64,000 nt of DNA, taken from Candidatus Babeliales bacterium (GTDB lineage Bacteria; Babelota; Babeliae; Babelales; JANWKD01). This document shows positions 20,489 to 29,992 of the stretch, piece after piece (position 1 is the first letter of the stretch; each line of letters opens with the position of its first letter). The notes under the pieces were generated by a model, which did not search any database, was not told the DNA's origin, and was given only the letters and a program-made list of their open reading frames with translations. The stretch is taken from positions 384,001-448,000 of the forward strand of contig CAVRJO010000002.1 in NCBI GenBank assembly GCA_963722255.1. The letters run 5' to 3'. A program made the position numbers and the translations under genes.

Positions 20489-21721
20489 ATGGTTCAAATA
20501 GATATGAACAATCACCTCTCAATGAATAAATTTTTCGCTCTCATCAGCATTTCATTAGTAATCTTTCAAGTTACCTTAGGAATGGAAGCATGGTCACTTG
20601 ATGACCAAAATAAAAATAATTTTGCTGAAGGTCTTTATTGCGTTCTTAATGAGGAAATAAAGGATATATGTAAAGCCACATATGAAGAAATAGAAATAGA
20701 TGAAGCCATGGAAGAAACAACGGAAAAAGAACATTTAGTTTCTAAAAAAAAAGAGCACAAGTTGCATATTCAAGAAGAAGAGATTTCTCAAGAAACAATA
20801 GAATTGATGCTAAATTTTTTATCATTACCAGATTTACCAAAAGAGATTATTATTTCATTTCTTGAACGACATTCATTAGCATTTTTTTGTCGATTAAAAG
20901 GTATATCTAATAAAACTCGATGTAAAGCATATAAAAAGCTAAAATACCCTCATACTCTAGCTATGATAAAAAAATATGAAAAGGATCCAACCGCTCTGAC
21001 AATTAAACATCTTTTTTATGAGGCGCTTAGTTTCGGAAATTTAAAAAACAAACCAAATCATCACCACCTATATTCAGATTTAGAAAAAATAGATTTTTTG
21101 ACAAAAAAATTAATTGTGAATAAAAATAAATTAACCCATGCAGTGGGTATGTATGTAGTAAATTCTGGGAATATTTTCGATATCAATTGTGATAATGCAG
21201 GATATTATAACTTAAGAAAAAAATTCTTAAAACTAATTAATCAAAGGCTTAATACACGCATAAAAACTCTTGATATCTGCGGAGATTCTTGTAACCTCTT
21301 CACTAGATATGGTTTCAGCAGTGAAGGCTTTTGCTTAGGTTCATTTTTTTTATACTTTTCAATTCTATCACCAACGACAACCCTTATAGTGGGAACAATT
21401 TCTAGTTATGTATGCTGTATTGGCTCTATAGCAACCTGCTATTCAATGAATGTATTCCTACCCTGCCCGGAAAAAAAAATCACCAACAAGCTTGTTAATT
21501 CACTACAGTTCACAGCCTGCTGTATACCATGTTGCATTCTTTGCCCAGAAGAGGCAAAAGTACGTTTAACTTCCATTTCTGAAAACGAGAAAGATTCCAT
21601 TCTCAACCTAAGCGCCATGACAAACCTTCATGAACTCAAGGAAATTATTCAAAATGCACAAAAAAGCTTAAAACAAGCAAAAGAGAAAGTGTCCCTACAA
21701 CAGGAAGATTCTTTCAATTAA
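20489..21721 (+). CDS. exported hypothetical protein with F-box-like motif and Cys-rich hydrophobic region
   Basis: Signal peptide TLG|ME; LSLPDLPKEIIISFLE; long hydrophobic segment; CCIPCCILCP. Confidence 0.6.
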   Translation: MVQIDMNNHLSMNKFFALISISLVIFQVTLGMEAWSLDDQNKNNFAEGLYCVLNEEIKDICKATYEEIEIDEAMEETTEKEHLVSKKKEHKLHIQEEEISQETIELMLNFLSLPDLPKEIIISFLERHSLAFFCRLKGISNKTRCKAYKKLKYPHTLAMIKKYEKDPTALTIKHLFYEALSFGNLKNKPNHHHLYSDLEKIDFLTKKLIVNKNKLTHAVGMYVVNSGNIFDINCDNAGYYNLRKKFLKLINQRLNTRIKTLDICGDSCNLFTRYGFSSEGFCLGSFFLYFSILSPTTTLIVGTISSYVCCIGSIATCYSMNVFLPCPEKKITNKLVNSLQFTACCIPCCILCPEEAKVRLTSISENEKDSILNLSAMTNLHELKEIIQNAQKSLKQAKEKVSLQQEDSFN

Positions 21722-21749
21722 TTGACAATCATAAAAAAGACGTTACTCT
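21722..21749 (+). promoter_or_regulatory. probable tRNA promoter
   Basis: TTGACA-16 nt-TACTCT upstream of tRNA. Confidence 0.45.
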
Positions 21750-21799
21750 TGAGAGTATAAATCTGATTTATACAATAAATTTTGAATTAATAAATTTGA

Positions 21800-21876
<77 letters not shown>

Positions 21877-21881
21877 AGTAT

Positions 21882-21912
21882 ATAGCCGCTTTTCTAAGCG
21901 GCTATTTTTTTT
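21882..21912 (+). terminator. intrinsic terminator
   Basis: ATAGCCGCTT-TTCT-AAGCGGCTAT followed by T run. Confidence 0.9.
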
Positions 21913-22155
21913 ATAAAAACCCTCAACCTCTCCCCTTTTTCCTCTTTTTATTTTCAAAGCAAATCTACTCGATTATGATTTTATTTGAAATAAAATTAAA
22001 AAATTCTTATGCTTTATTACAACATCCTCCAAAAATATATTATTTTATTTGAAATATATTAAAAAATAGTATAGAATCTACATTGTTTTTAGTATGCCAT
22101 ATTGTTTCATATTAGTAATAAGCATACTTTATAGGTAGGTACTTGAAAGAAATTT

Positions 22156-23424
22156 ATGGAAAAACTTATAGCCTTTAGTATGATTGTGCTCTTGTTTTCA
22201 TGCGTTCAAGCTATGGAAGAACAGAGAACTTCGCCTCAAAAGCTTGATGTTCCTTCTCATAATCAGCATGATAAAAGTTCTTGGGATTTTAATTTTTTTT
22301 CAGATCAAATAAGTATTATACAAAAGCAGAATGAAAAACTAATAAATTTTCATTTACAACAAGATTCTTCATTAGAAGACATAAATAAAACAATAGACAA
22401 CATTAATAGCATACAAAAACATTACCATCTGCTCTTAACAACTAATCCAGCATTAGAACATCTATGCCGAAATGCTCTTGCTGAAAATTTCTATTTGCTT
22501 GCTCTTCTTTATAAGAAAAATAGAAAAAATGAACATACCCAGAGCTGTATTCAATCCGGATTGAGTTTTTCAAGGGTCGGCGATCCAGTACATATTAAAC
22601 TTGAAAACTTAAAAAAACAGTCAAATCAAATTTCCGCTCAATTACCTTCATTAGTTCAAGAAAAATCGACGCCTCACTTTTCTAACAAAAGACCAGTTGA
22701 ATCCCCTATATCATCTTCAAACCTTACACATCCTTCAAAAAAACAGCGTACAGCTCACTTATCTAAAAAACAACTTGTACAAGAAATTGTTAACTTTAGA
22801 AAAAAATATACTGTTCACATTGAAACTGGGTATTCATTCGTTATAATTGCTCAAAATATGCTTACCTTTTATTCTTCTATTCTCAATAAAATTCCCGATA
22901 ATTTAATTGGCGCTGTTGCATTCGATTATTACACCGTATTCAATCATTTGATAAATGATTCAGAAATTAATCTTGCTCAAAAAATTGCAGAGCAAATTAT
23001 TGCTATTGTAAAAAAGAACAAATATTTAAATGACATTATTCCAACTCTGCATCAAATCAAAGAATCACAGGAACATTGCAAAAAAATATATGAAATACTA
23101 GAAGCGTTAAAAATAGAGATACAAAAAAATAACATACTACCAGTCTATGAAACATTTCGTAAAAAATTATCGGATATACCTACGATTATTCAACACTCTT
23201 ATATTGATAAATCAAACAAACAATCTCTTAAAAAAAACCTTGCAGAATTTCACTTAAATCTTGCACAAAAACTCATCGAAATTTCCCATTATCAAGAAGC
23301 TCTTATTATCATCAGAATAGCAAAACAATACTACCCACTCGAGGAATTATCTGAACAATTTGAACAGCTCAAAATTCAAGCTGAACTTGCACAAGAAGCC
23401 GTCTATCAAAACAACCCCCTATGA
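22156..23424 (+). CDS. exported helical (TPR-like) protein with NLS-like linker
   Basis: Signal peptide VQA|ME; repeated LAE.f..LA helices; KRP...PSKKQR. Confidence 0.65.
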   Translation: MEKLIAFSMIVLLFSCVQAMEEQRTSPQKLDVPSHNQHDKSSWDFNFFSDQISIIQKQNEKLINFHLQQDSSLEDINKTIDNINSIQKHYHLLLTTNPALEHLCRNALAENFYLLALLYKKNRKNEHTQSCIQSGLSFSRVGDPVHIKLENLKKQSNQISAQLPSLVQEKSTPHFSNKRPVESPISSSNLTHPSKKQRTAHLSKKQLVQEIVNFRKKYTVHIETGYSFVIIAQNMLTFYSSILNKIPDNLIGAVAFDYYTVFNHLINDSEINLAQKIAEQIIAIVKKNKYLNDIIPTLHQIKESQEHCKKIYEILEALKIEIQKNNILPVYETFRKKLSDIPTIIQHSYIDKSNKQSLKKNLAEFHLNLAQKLIEISHYQEALIIIRIAKQYYPLEELSEQFEQLKIQAELAQEAVYQNNPL

Positions 23425-23455
23425 TCTAGTTTAAAATAATGCATTTTTTACTATT

Positions 23456-23872
23456 TTAATTCTTCAAAAAATTATCTACTTTTTTTAAAAGTTCTTTTGC
23501 GTTTTTAAAAGTCAACTGATCTAATGCTTTTTTATAGGGCAACCACAAATACCCTCTATGCTCATGAGATAAAACAACATCTTTGCTTTCTGACTTGCCA
23601 ATAAAAAAATAGACCTTTTTTTTAATCAATTCTGTACTATTAGGATAACGGAAAAAATAACTGAACTCTTCTTGAAAGCCCTGGTACAATTCAGCTTTCA
23701 ATCCTGTTTCTTCCATGAGCTCTCGTAAAGCCGCTTCTTCCTTTGTCTCATTATCTTCAATATGCCCTTTTGGAAAATCCCAATGACCCGATTGATAATG
23801 CAGTAATAAAAATTCTACCCCGTTTTCATCATAACAATAAACAACAACTCCGGCAGAATATTCTTGTTTCAT
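23456..23872 (-). CDS. Nudix hydrolase, Ap4A-hydrolase-like
   Basis: GHWDFPKGHIEDNETKEEAALRELMEETGL Nudix box; LSHEH. Confidence 0.92.
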   Translation of the reverse strand: MKQEYSAGVVVYCYDENGVEFLLLHYQSGHWDFPKGHIEDNETKEEAALRELMEETGLKAELYQGFQEEFSYFFRYPNSTELIKKKVYFFIGKSESKDVVLSHEHRGYLWLPYKKALDQLTFKNAKELLKKVDNFLKN

Positions 23873-23878
23873 AGCCCA

Positions 23879-25588
23879 TCAATCCAGAAAATATAAACGC
23901 ACATTGAATAACCTTCTCGTTTTAATTAAGAGATAGCAGGTCGTTAAACATAAAGGTCCAACCCAGAACCAAAAACCAATTTTATACAATAAAAATTGTT
24001 TAAAAAATTGATTTGCAAGCACAGTGATAAGCATTTGGCCACAAAAATAAAGGCAGCCAAAAAAGAGAACTATGAAGGCTGTTTGCATGAGTGAATAGGT
24101 TATAAACTTGGCAAATGCAGAAAAATAGAACTTAAAATTAAAATTTTTATATAAAAAGAGAGCAAAAAAAGCAACATGAATTATATTGGTTATAACAAAA
24201 GCTAAAGCCAATCCGTTAACACCAAACATTGGAGTAAATGTTTTACATAAACAGTAGTTAATCATTAAAATACCTAAAGAAATGTAACATGGTGTAATGG
24301 TATCATGTAAAGCATAATAGATATTCAATAGAATTTTATATAATGAAAAAAAGAAAAGCCCTGATAAAAAAATTATCAAAAGTTGTGATGCCTGTTCAAC
24401 ATGTAGTAGTGAAAATTTTTCCGATAAAAAAATTGTGTGAAAAAATTTTTCAGCCAAAAAGCTCATTATGATAGTGCAGGGAACAGTAATCCAAAAAACT
24501 ACTTTTGCGGCCTCCAATAAATAGATACTAAGTCGTTTTGGTGCATAAATACTAATTCGAGAAAAATAAGGTAAAAGTATTGTTGAAAAAGCACCTATTA
24601 AAACTGCTAAGGGAATACCCATAAACCTATTGGCATAATAAATCAATGCAATAGAACCCTTGGGCAAATAGGTTGCTAAACTCGTACTCATGAAAAGATT
24701 CAATTCAAGAATACTCATACTTACCATACAAGGAAGAAACTTTTTCATTATTTGTTTAAAATGCTCTATCGTTTTATTATTTATTTTTCCAAAGGTAAAA
24801 TTAAGTTTAAAATAAACAATAAAATGCAATAAAAACTGCAAAAACCCACCAAAAAGAACGGCTGCACACAACCATTCAATGGTAAGTCCAAATTTTAAGC
24901 AAACGAGCAAGCCAGAAATAAAGGCAATGTTAAATAATACAGGAGTAAAAGAAGGAACAAAAAAATGGTTGGCAGCTTGCAAAGCACCGGCTAGCAATGC
25001 ACTACTTGAAAAACAAACAATAAGAGAAATTAATATCCGTAAATAGATAATTGCATAATATGCTTGCCCAACCGATGGCGCTAAACAATACCACGCTGGC
25101 GCAAACCATTCCAAAACATGGCCGAGCAAGGGCAAATTCGAAGAAATCATTTCAGCGCCTTGTGCGCAGTACCAACCGGGAGCTATTAATCGAATAACAG
25201 CATCAGCTTGCCAAAATATTAAACCACAAAAAAGTAGTAATAGCCCTTCGAAAAATAAAAAGGTAAGAGACATTAAAGAAGAAGCCTCTTTTTGGGATTC
25301 ATTTTTAATTATTTTTACAAATGTTGGAACACAAGCAGCACTCAAAGCACCTTCTGCAAAAATCTTTCTTAATGAGTTAGGTATTTTAAAAGCCGTAAGA
25401 AAAGCATCGGCCATTTCACTGACTCCCAAATATTTTGAAGTTAACAATTCGCGCATTAAGCCAAATAACCTGCTTAAAAGCGTTGATGCTCCGACTTGAA
25501 CTGTTTTTGAAATAAGATTTTTTTTCACCGTAGTTTGATGTTGTGCTTCATGAGATCTCGCTGGAGTATATGCCATTTGCTTAGCCAT
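23879..25588 (-). CDS. murJ: lipid II flippase
   Basis: SRLFGLMRE, AFKIPNSLRKIFAEGA, YYANR..GIP. Confidence 0.93.
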   Translation of the reverse strand: MAKQMAYTPARSHEAQHQTTVKKNLISKTVQVGASTLLSRLFGLMRELLTSKYLGVSEMADAFLTAFKIPNSLRKIFAEGALSAACVPTFVKIIKNESQKEASSLMSLTFLFFEGLLLLFCGLIFWQADAVIRLIAPGWYCAQGAEMISSNLPLLGHVLEWFAPAWYCLAPSVGQAYYAIIYLRILISLIVCFSSSALLAGALQAANHFFVPSFTPVLFNIAFISGLLVCLKFGLTIEWLCAAVLFGGFLQFLLHFIVYFKLNFTFGKINNKTIEHFKQIMKKFLPCMVSMSILELNLFMSTSLATYLPKGSIALIYYANRFMGIPLAVLIGAFSTILLPYFSRISIYAPKRLSIYLLEAAKVVFWITVPCTIIMSFLAEKFFHTIFLSEKFSLLHVEQASQLLIIFLSGLFFFSLYKILLNIYYALHDTITPCYISLGILMINYCLCKTFTPMFGVNGLALAFVITNIIHVAFFALFLYKNFNFKFYFSAFAKFITYSLMQTAFIVLFFGCLYFCGQMLITVLANQFFKQFLLYKIGFWFWVGPLCLTTCYLLIKTRRLFNVRLYFLD

Positions 25589-26270
25589 TCTGTTTTTCCT
25601 TTACTGCTTCTGATAAAAAACCATTGTTTAGCACTAAAATTGTATCCATTTTTTGTATTACATAGCGATCATGAGAACTAATAATAAGCCCCATATTATA
25701 TTCTTTATGATATCGTACTAGTATTTCAAGTATGAGCTTTCCTGTGGTCTCATCAAGATTCCCTGTTGGTTCATCTGCTAATAAAAATGAAGGTTGCGTT
25801 AACAAAGCACGGGCAATAGCAACTCTTTGTTGCTGGCCGCCTGATAATGATCTTGGAAAATCGCTCGATTTCTCCGCAATACCTAATTCATTCAACAAAC
25901 AAACTGCTTTTTGATAACAGTCATCATACAATAATCCCGCAATAAATCCCTTACACATAACATTTTCAATAACAGTCAATTCATCGATTAAATAAGGCAA
26001 TTGAAAAATAAGACCAATTTTAGTATTAAAAAATTGCTCTTTTTCTTTCAAAGAAAATAGGTTCAAATTTTGATTATTATAGAAAACCATGCCCTGAGAT
26101 GGAAGCTCAAGGCCTGCAATAATATGCAAAAGAGTTGATTTTCCCGAACCAGAAAATCCTGTTATTGCATAGGTACTACACTGTTCAAAGCTTTGCGTAA
26201 TAGATCGCAAAACTTGAAATTGCATGAACTGTTTTGAGATAGACTGCAAAGATAGAATATTAGTATTCAT
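25581..26270 (-). CDS. ABC transporter ATP-binding protein, LolD-like
   Basis: GFSGSGKST, LSGGQQQRVAIARAL, LADEPTGNLD; ATG at 26270. Confidence 0.85.
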   Translation of the reverse strand: MNTNILSLQSISKQFMQFQVLRSITQSFEQCSTYAITGFSGSGKSTLLHIIAGLELPSQGMVFYNNQNLNLFSLKEKEQFFNTKIGLIFQLPYLIDELTVIENVMCKGFIAGLLYDDCYQKAVCLLNELGIAEKSSDFPRSLSGGQQQRVAIARALLTQPSFLLADEPTGNLDETTGKLILEILVRYHKEYNMGLIISSHDRYVIQKMDTILVLNNGFLSEAVKEKQNG

Positions 26271-26409
26271 TAAAATGCTCACTATATGTTTTTTATAAGT
26301 ATATCTAATTTTCCAATAAAAAATAGCAATCACTTGATTTGGCACCATAGAAAAAATATACTAATTTACATATAACTATTATTTTTTAATTGAAATAACC
26401 AGCAAATCA

Positions 26410-26628
26410 ATGAACATGTATAAACTATATTTCTTATTTGTCATTTTTATTAGCAGTTCTACTCTTTCTTATCCACCCTTCAATGCCTTAAAAATGAGAA
26501 GAATCAATAACCTGCACCATGAACTCGTTGAATATAACTATTCCTATAAAGAGATTCTTGCAACATGTTGGTACCTTACATCCTATTGCTGGTATACTCA
26601 AGATGGTTGGGAAGCAAAAAATGAATAA
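26410..26628 (+). CDS. small exported hypothetical protein
   Basis: Signal-like N-terminus; stop overlaps the next ATG. Confidence 0.4.
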   Translation: MNMYKLYFLFVIFISSSTLSYPPFNALKMRRINNLHHELVEYNYSYKEILATCWYLTSYCWYTQDGWEAKNE

Positions 26629-27070
26629 AACTAAGTATAGTGTAGCTCTTGCTATCATATTGTTTCTCATTCTCTATAACCCTTTACAAAGCTCCCAACA
26701 AGAAACTGGCATTTGGAACCAACCATCTAGTTCTAGCAAAATAGTGAAAGCAAAATCACAATTGCTTGACGCATGGTATAAATATGTAAAAGCTAGCATT
26801 TCATATAAAGATTTTAAAAAAGTAGCCAAAAAATCGATTAGAGTTCTTGGGTTTACACAGTTCAATCACGCAAAGACCTCTTCAATCATCGACCCTCTTT
26901 TTTATGCCGCATTAAATGCAGATTATTCTTTCATGCTTTCACTTTTAAAAAAATTCGCTAATCCTCATTTTTCACAAATCAATTTAATTTCGGTTATAGA
27001 ACAAATGGATACAACAGAATCTAATCCTGACAGAGATACAATTATTGCCTTACTTAACAAAATAGGCTAA
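26621..27070 (+). CDS. exported protein with ankyrin-like repeat
   Basis: ATG 26621 gives signal peptide; DPLFYAALNADYSFMLSLLKKFANP. Confidence 0.6.
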   Translation: MNKTKYSVALAIILFLILYNPLQSSQQETGIWNQPSSSSKIVKAKSQLLDAWYKYVKASISYKDFKKVAKKSIRVLGFTQFNHAKTSSIIDPLFYAALNADYSFMLSLLKKFANPHFSQINLISVIEQMDTTESNPDRDTIIALLNKIG

Positions 27071-27188
27071 TCATATAAAATATAGTATCAACTGCCTCCC
27101 TCTATTCTTTATTGACAAATATAAATTAATTCCTTTATGATAAAAATGAAAAAGATCTCAAATTTTACTTTTATTATAAAGGAATACC

Positions 27189-27674
27189 ATGAATAACTTG
27201 CAAACTATGTATATTTCTATTGCCTTATTATGCATATCAACTAATTTCTCTCTTCGGGCCGGAGAAATCATTTCTCCCGAAAGTTGTACAAATAGCGAAA
27301 AATCAACGATTGAGTTACAAGCTGAATGCTTAATAAAAGAAGCAAAAAAACTTGATTGCGACATTCCCGAAGAATTCAATCGAATTAAAACAATAATCCA
27401 TGAATATATACAACTTATGAAAAAGGCTCCACAACAGCCAGACTTTGATTCACTTGAATGTGCAATTTTATCTGGAGATATTGAGCTTTTAAAGCTTCTT
27501 TTAAAAAATCGTGCAAACCCAAAATTTAAAGGAAAATATGGAAGAACTTCATATAACTACTTAGCTCGATATACAAGTGAAAGGATACTTAATCAAAAAG
27601 AAAATAAAGCTCTAAAACGAGCAGATCCTGTTGAAGTGAAAAAGTTGTTGGACACCTATGCTCAAAATTTTTAA
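27189..27674 (+). CDS. exported ankyrin-repeat protein
   Basis: Signal peptide; LECAILSGDIELLKLLLKNRANPKFKGKYGRT. Confidence 0.75.
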   Translation: MNNLQTMYISIALLCISTNFSLRAGEIISPESCTNSEKSTIELQAECLIKEAKKLDCDIPEEFNRIKTIIHEYIQLMKKAPQQPDFDSLECAILSGDIELLKLLLKNRANPKFKGKYGRTSYNYLARYTSERILNQKENKALKRADPVEVKKLLDTYAQNF

Positions 27675-27820
27675 TCCTTAAAATACAAAGAGAGAAATAC
27701 CTCGAATAAGAGCTCTTCCTTTTATAGTAAGTAATAACTATTTACATGCTTTAAAAAGATTTTTTAAAGTAATTTAAATAATATTGATCGACTTTGAATT
27801 TTTTTATAGAAGGAAACTCT

Positions 27821-28357
27821 ATGGCAACATATTTAAAAAATAAAACAGGCACCACCCAAAAAATGACCCACGTATTTAAGTTGTCTGACTTACCTGAAGA
27901 GCGTTATGGTGATGCCGGTGAGTTAAAACTAATAACACAATCAGATTTTCCAATTCTTCGCGGATTATCAATATTTTGGGTTAATTTAGACAGTGATGGT
28001 ATTGCACTTCCTCATTGGCATCCCAATGCTGATGAACTCGTTTTTGTTCTGAGTGGAAAGGGCCGCATGAGCGTGGTAAGCCCAAATAATGAGATTGAAA
28101 CTAAAGAATTTGAAAAGGGGAATCTACTTTTTTTCCCTCGAGGATATTTTCATTATTTTGAAAGCATTGGGGATGAAAAAGTCCAAGTATTAGCTATCTT
28201 TAATAATGAATTACCTGAATATATGGGGGTTGTAAGCGCACTTTCCGGCATTCCAAATGATACACTTGAAAATGTATTTAAAGCCCCAACCAATACTTTT
28301 AAAAACTTTGAAAAAAACGATACTATTCTTACCAAGAAAAAAAACACTAAAAATTAA
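27821..28357 (+). CDS. single-domain cupin (oxalate decarboxylase/germin-like)
   Basis: PHWHPNADEL and G.L.FFPRG.FH metal motifs; AAGGA RBS. Confidence 0.88.
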   Translation: MATYLKNKTGTTQKMTHVFKLSDLPEERYGDAGELKLITQSDFPILRGLSIFWVNLDSDGIALPHWHPNADELVFVLSGKGRMSVVSPNNEIETKEFEKGNLLFFPRGYFHYFESIGDEKVQVLAIFNNELPEYMGVVSALSGIPNDTLENVFKAPTNTFKNFEKNDTILTKKKNTKN

Positions 28358-28376
28358 AATCCTGAATCACAAACAA

Positions 28377-28424
28377 GGAAGAGGTGTATAAGTCTTTAAC
28401 AACTTCACACTCTTCCCCTTTTTT
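28377..28424 (+). terminator. probable intrinsic terminator
   Basis: GGAAGAG-GTGT...ACAC-TCTTCC imperfect stem followed by T run. Confidence 0.45.
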
Positions 28425-28517
28425 ATAGAGATCGAAAAATTTGACAAATATAAAAATAAATAATAAAATTCATACTTATCCATTTTCTTTATTAATTACT
28501 CTAAAAATTCATCTACA

Positions 28518-29912
28518 ATGGCATTACTAAATAACTATTTTAAACGCAATTTTCCTTTTACTCATCCAGATGAACTAACAAAATTTTTCAAAATGGGATT
28601 AATTTTTTGTACCATACTTGCGGCATATTGGACTCTAGGAACCATTAAAGAATCCCTTTTGAGTGATCTTATTGGTAGCTCAATGCTTCCCTATGCAAAG
28701 ATCTTCTCATTACTTTTCTTAGTTCCTGTACTCTTACTCTATTCTCGATTACTTGATCTACTCTCTTGCCAAAAACTTTTTGTACTTATTTCATCATTGT
28801 ACGCATTTATTACACTCATTTTTGCCTATTTAATCGATAGTTCCCTGTTCAATGAAATGAACAGCCCTTCTTTAATGCAAAACTCACATGTACCACTCTA
28901 TGCATCATACATATTCTGTTTTTCATTCTACGCATTTGTTGAAAGTTATGGCTCTCTCTTGGTCGCTTTATTTTGGGCTATTGCAACAAGCACAACCCAA
29001 CCGGAATCAGCAAAAAAAGGATTTCCTCTTATTGTTGGTTTAGGTCAAATAGGTGGCATTTTAGGTCCTCTTGTTTTGAGTAGAATTCCACGTTATTTCC
29101 ATTTAACAACGAGCAGCCTTTCAGTATATATATCAGCTCTACTTATAGTAATTTCTTCTGTTTTATTTTGGTATTTTTTACGTTCTACCCCTTCTATTTT
29201 GCTACAACCATTTCAGGGCTCAGAAAAAAAATTTTCCGATACCAAACAGGTTCCAGGCTTCTTTGAAGGATTGAGCCTCATTATAAAAAACTACTATTTA
29301 ATTGGTATATGGTGCATTATATTTTTTTTTGAATTTATTACTCAACTTTTTGACTATTATTTTAAATGCTTTGCTGCTGAGCAACTTTCAGGATTAGAAC
29401 TTGCTGAGTATATTGGTTTTTATGGCAGCGCAATAAATTTTGTTACATTGCTGTGCTTAGTGCTCGGCATCAATAAAATCAACAATTTTTTTGGTATTAT
29501 ATATTCTCTTTTATTAATCCCCATACTTGTAGGGTTTTCAATTTTTGGTTTTATACTTTATCAAAATAGTACAATCTTGTTTTTCATATTAGTGCTTCTA
29601 AAAGCAGTAAATTTTTCACTCACTATTCCAACAACAAAACAGTTATATATTCCCACAACTCAAGATGTACGTTTCAAGGCTCAAGCATGGATTGATACGT
29701 TCGGCTCACGTACCGCACGACAATGTAGCGGAATCTATGCTATGCTGCTTAATCCTCTACAATTTAAAACATTACAAATTTGTTTTGTATCAACGCTTAT
29801 TCAATTCACCAATTATTTTTGCCTGAGCTTGGTATTTTTTTGGTTTTTTATTGCATTCTATCTTGGTAAAAAACATACCAATGCAATAAAAAACAATACG
29901 ATAATCTGCTAA
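28518..29912 (+). CDS. Npt1/Tlc-family nucleotide (ATP/ADP) translocase
   Basis: ~12 TM; VESYGSLLVALFW, AKKGFP, QLYIPTTQDVRFKAQAWIDTFGSR. Confidence 0.85.
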   Translation: MALLNNYFKRNFPFTHPDELTKFFKMGLIFCTILAAYWTLGTIKESLLSDLIGSSMLPYAKIFSLLFLVPVLLLYSRLLDLLSCQKLFVLISSLYAFITLIFAYLIDSSLFNEMNSPSLMQNSHVPLYASYIFCFSFYAFVESYGSLLVALFWAIATSTTQPESAKKGFPLIVGLGQIGGILGPLVLSRIPRYFHLTTSSLSVYISALLIVISSVLFWYFLRSTPSILLQPFQGSEKKFSDTKQVPGFFEGLSLIIKNYYLIGIWCIIFFFEFITQLFDYYFKCFAAEQLSGLELAEYIGFYGSAINFVTLLCLVLGINKINNFFGIIYSLLLIPILVGFSIFGFILYQNSTILFFILVLLKAVNFSLTIPTTKQLYIPTTQDVRFKAQAWIDTFGSRTARQCSGIYAMLLNPLQFKTLQICFVSTLIQFTNYFCLSLVFFWFFIAFYLGKKHTNAIKNNTIIC

Positions 29913-29992
29913 CGATACATAGCCTTGTATCCGCGCTTTAAACGAGTTTAAGCAAAAATCACACTCTTCCTACAGTTCTTCCTCTTCAATCA

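Noticed and set aside
21877..23455. Integrative element at the tRNA-fMet 3' end
   Set aside because: No integrase and no duplicate of the tRNA 3' end seen; terminator follows directly
26519..26620. 5' extension of the 26519-27070 ORF
   Set aside because: ATG 26621 gives a clean signal peptide and couples to the upstream stop
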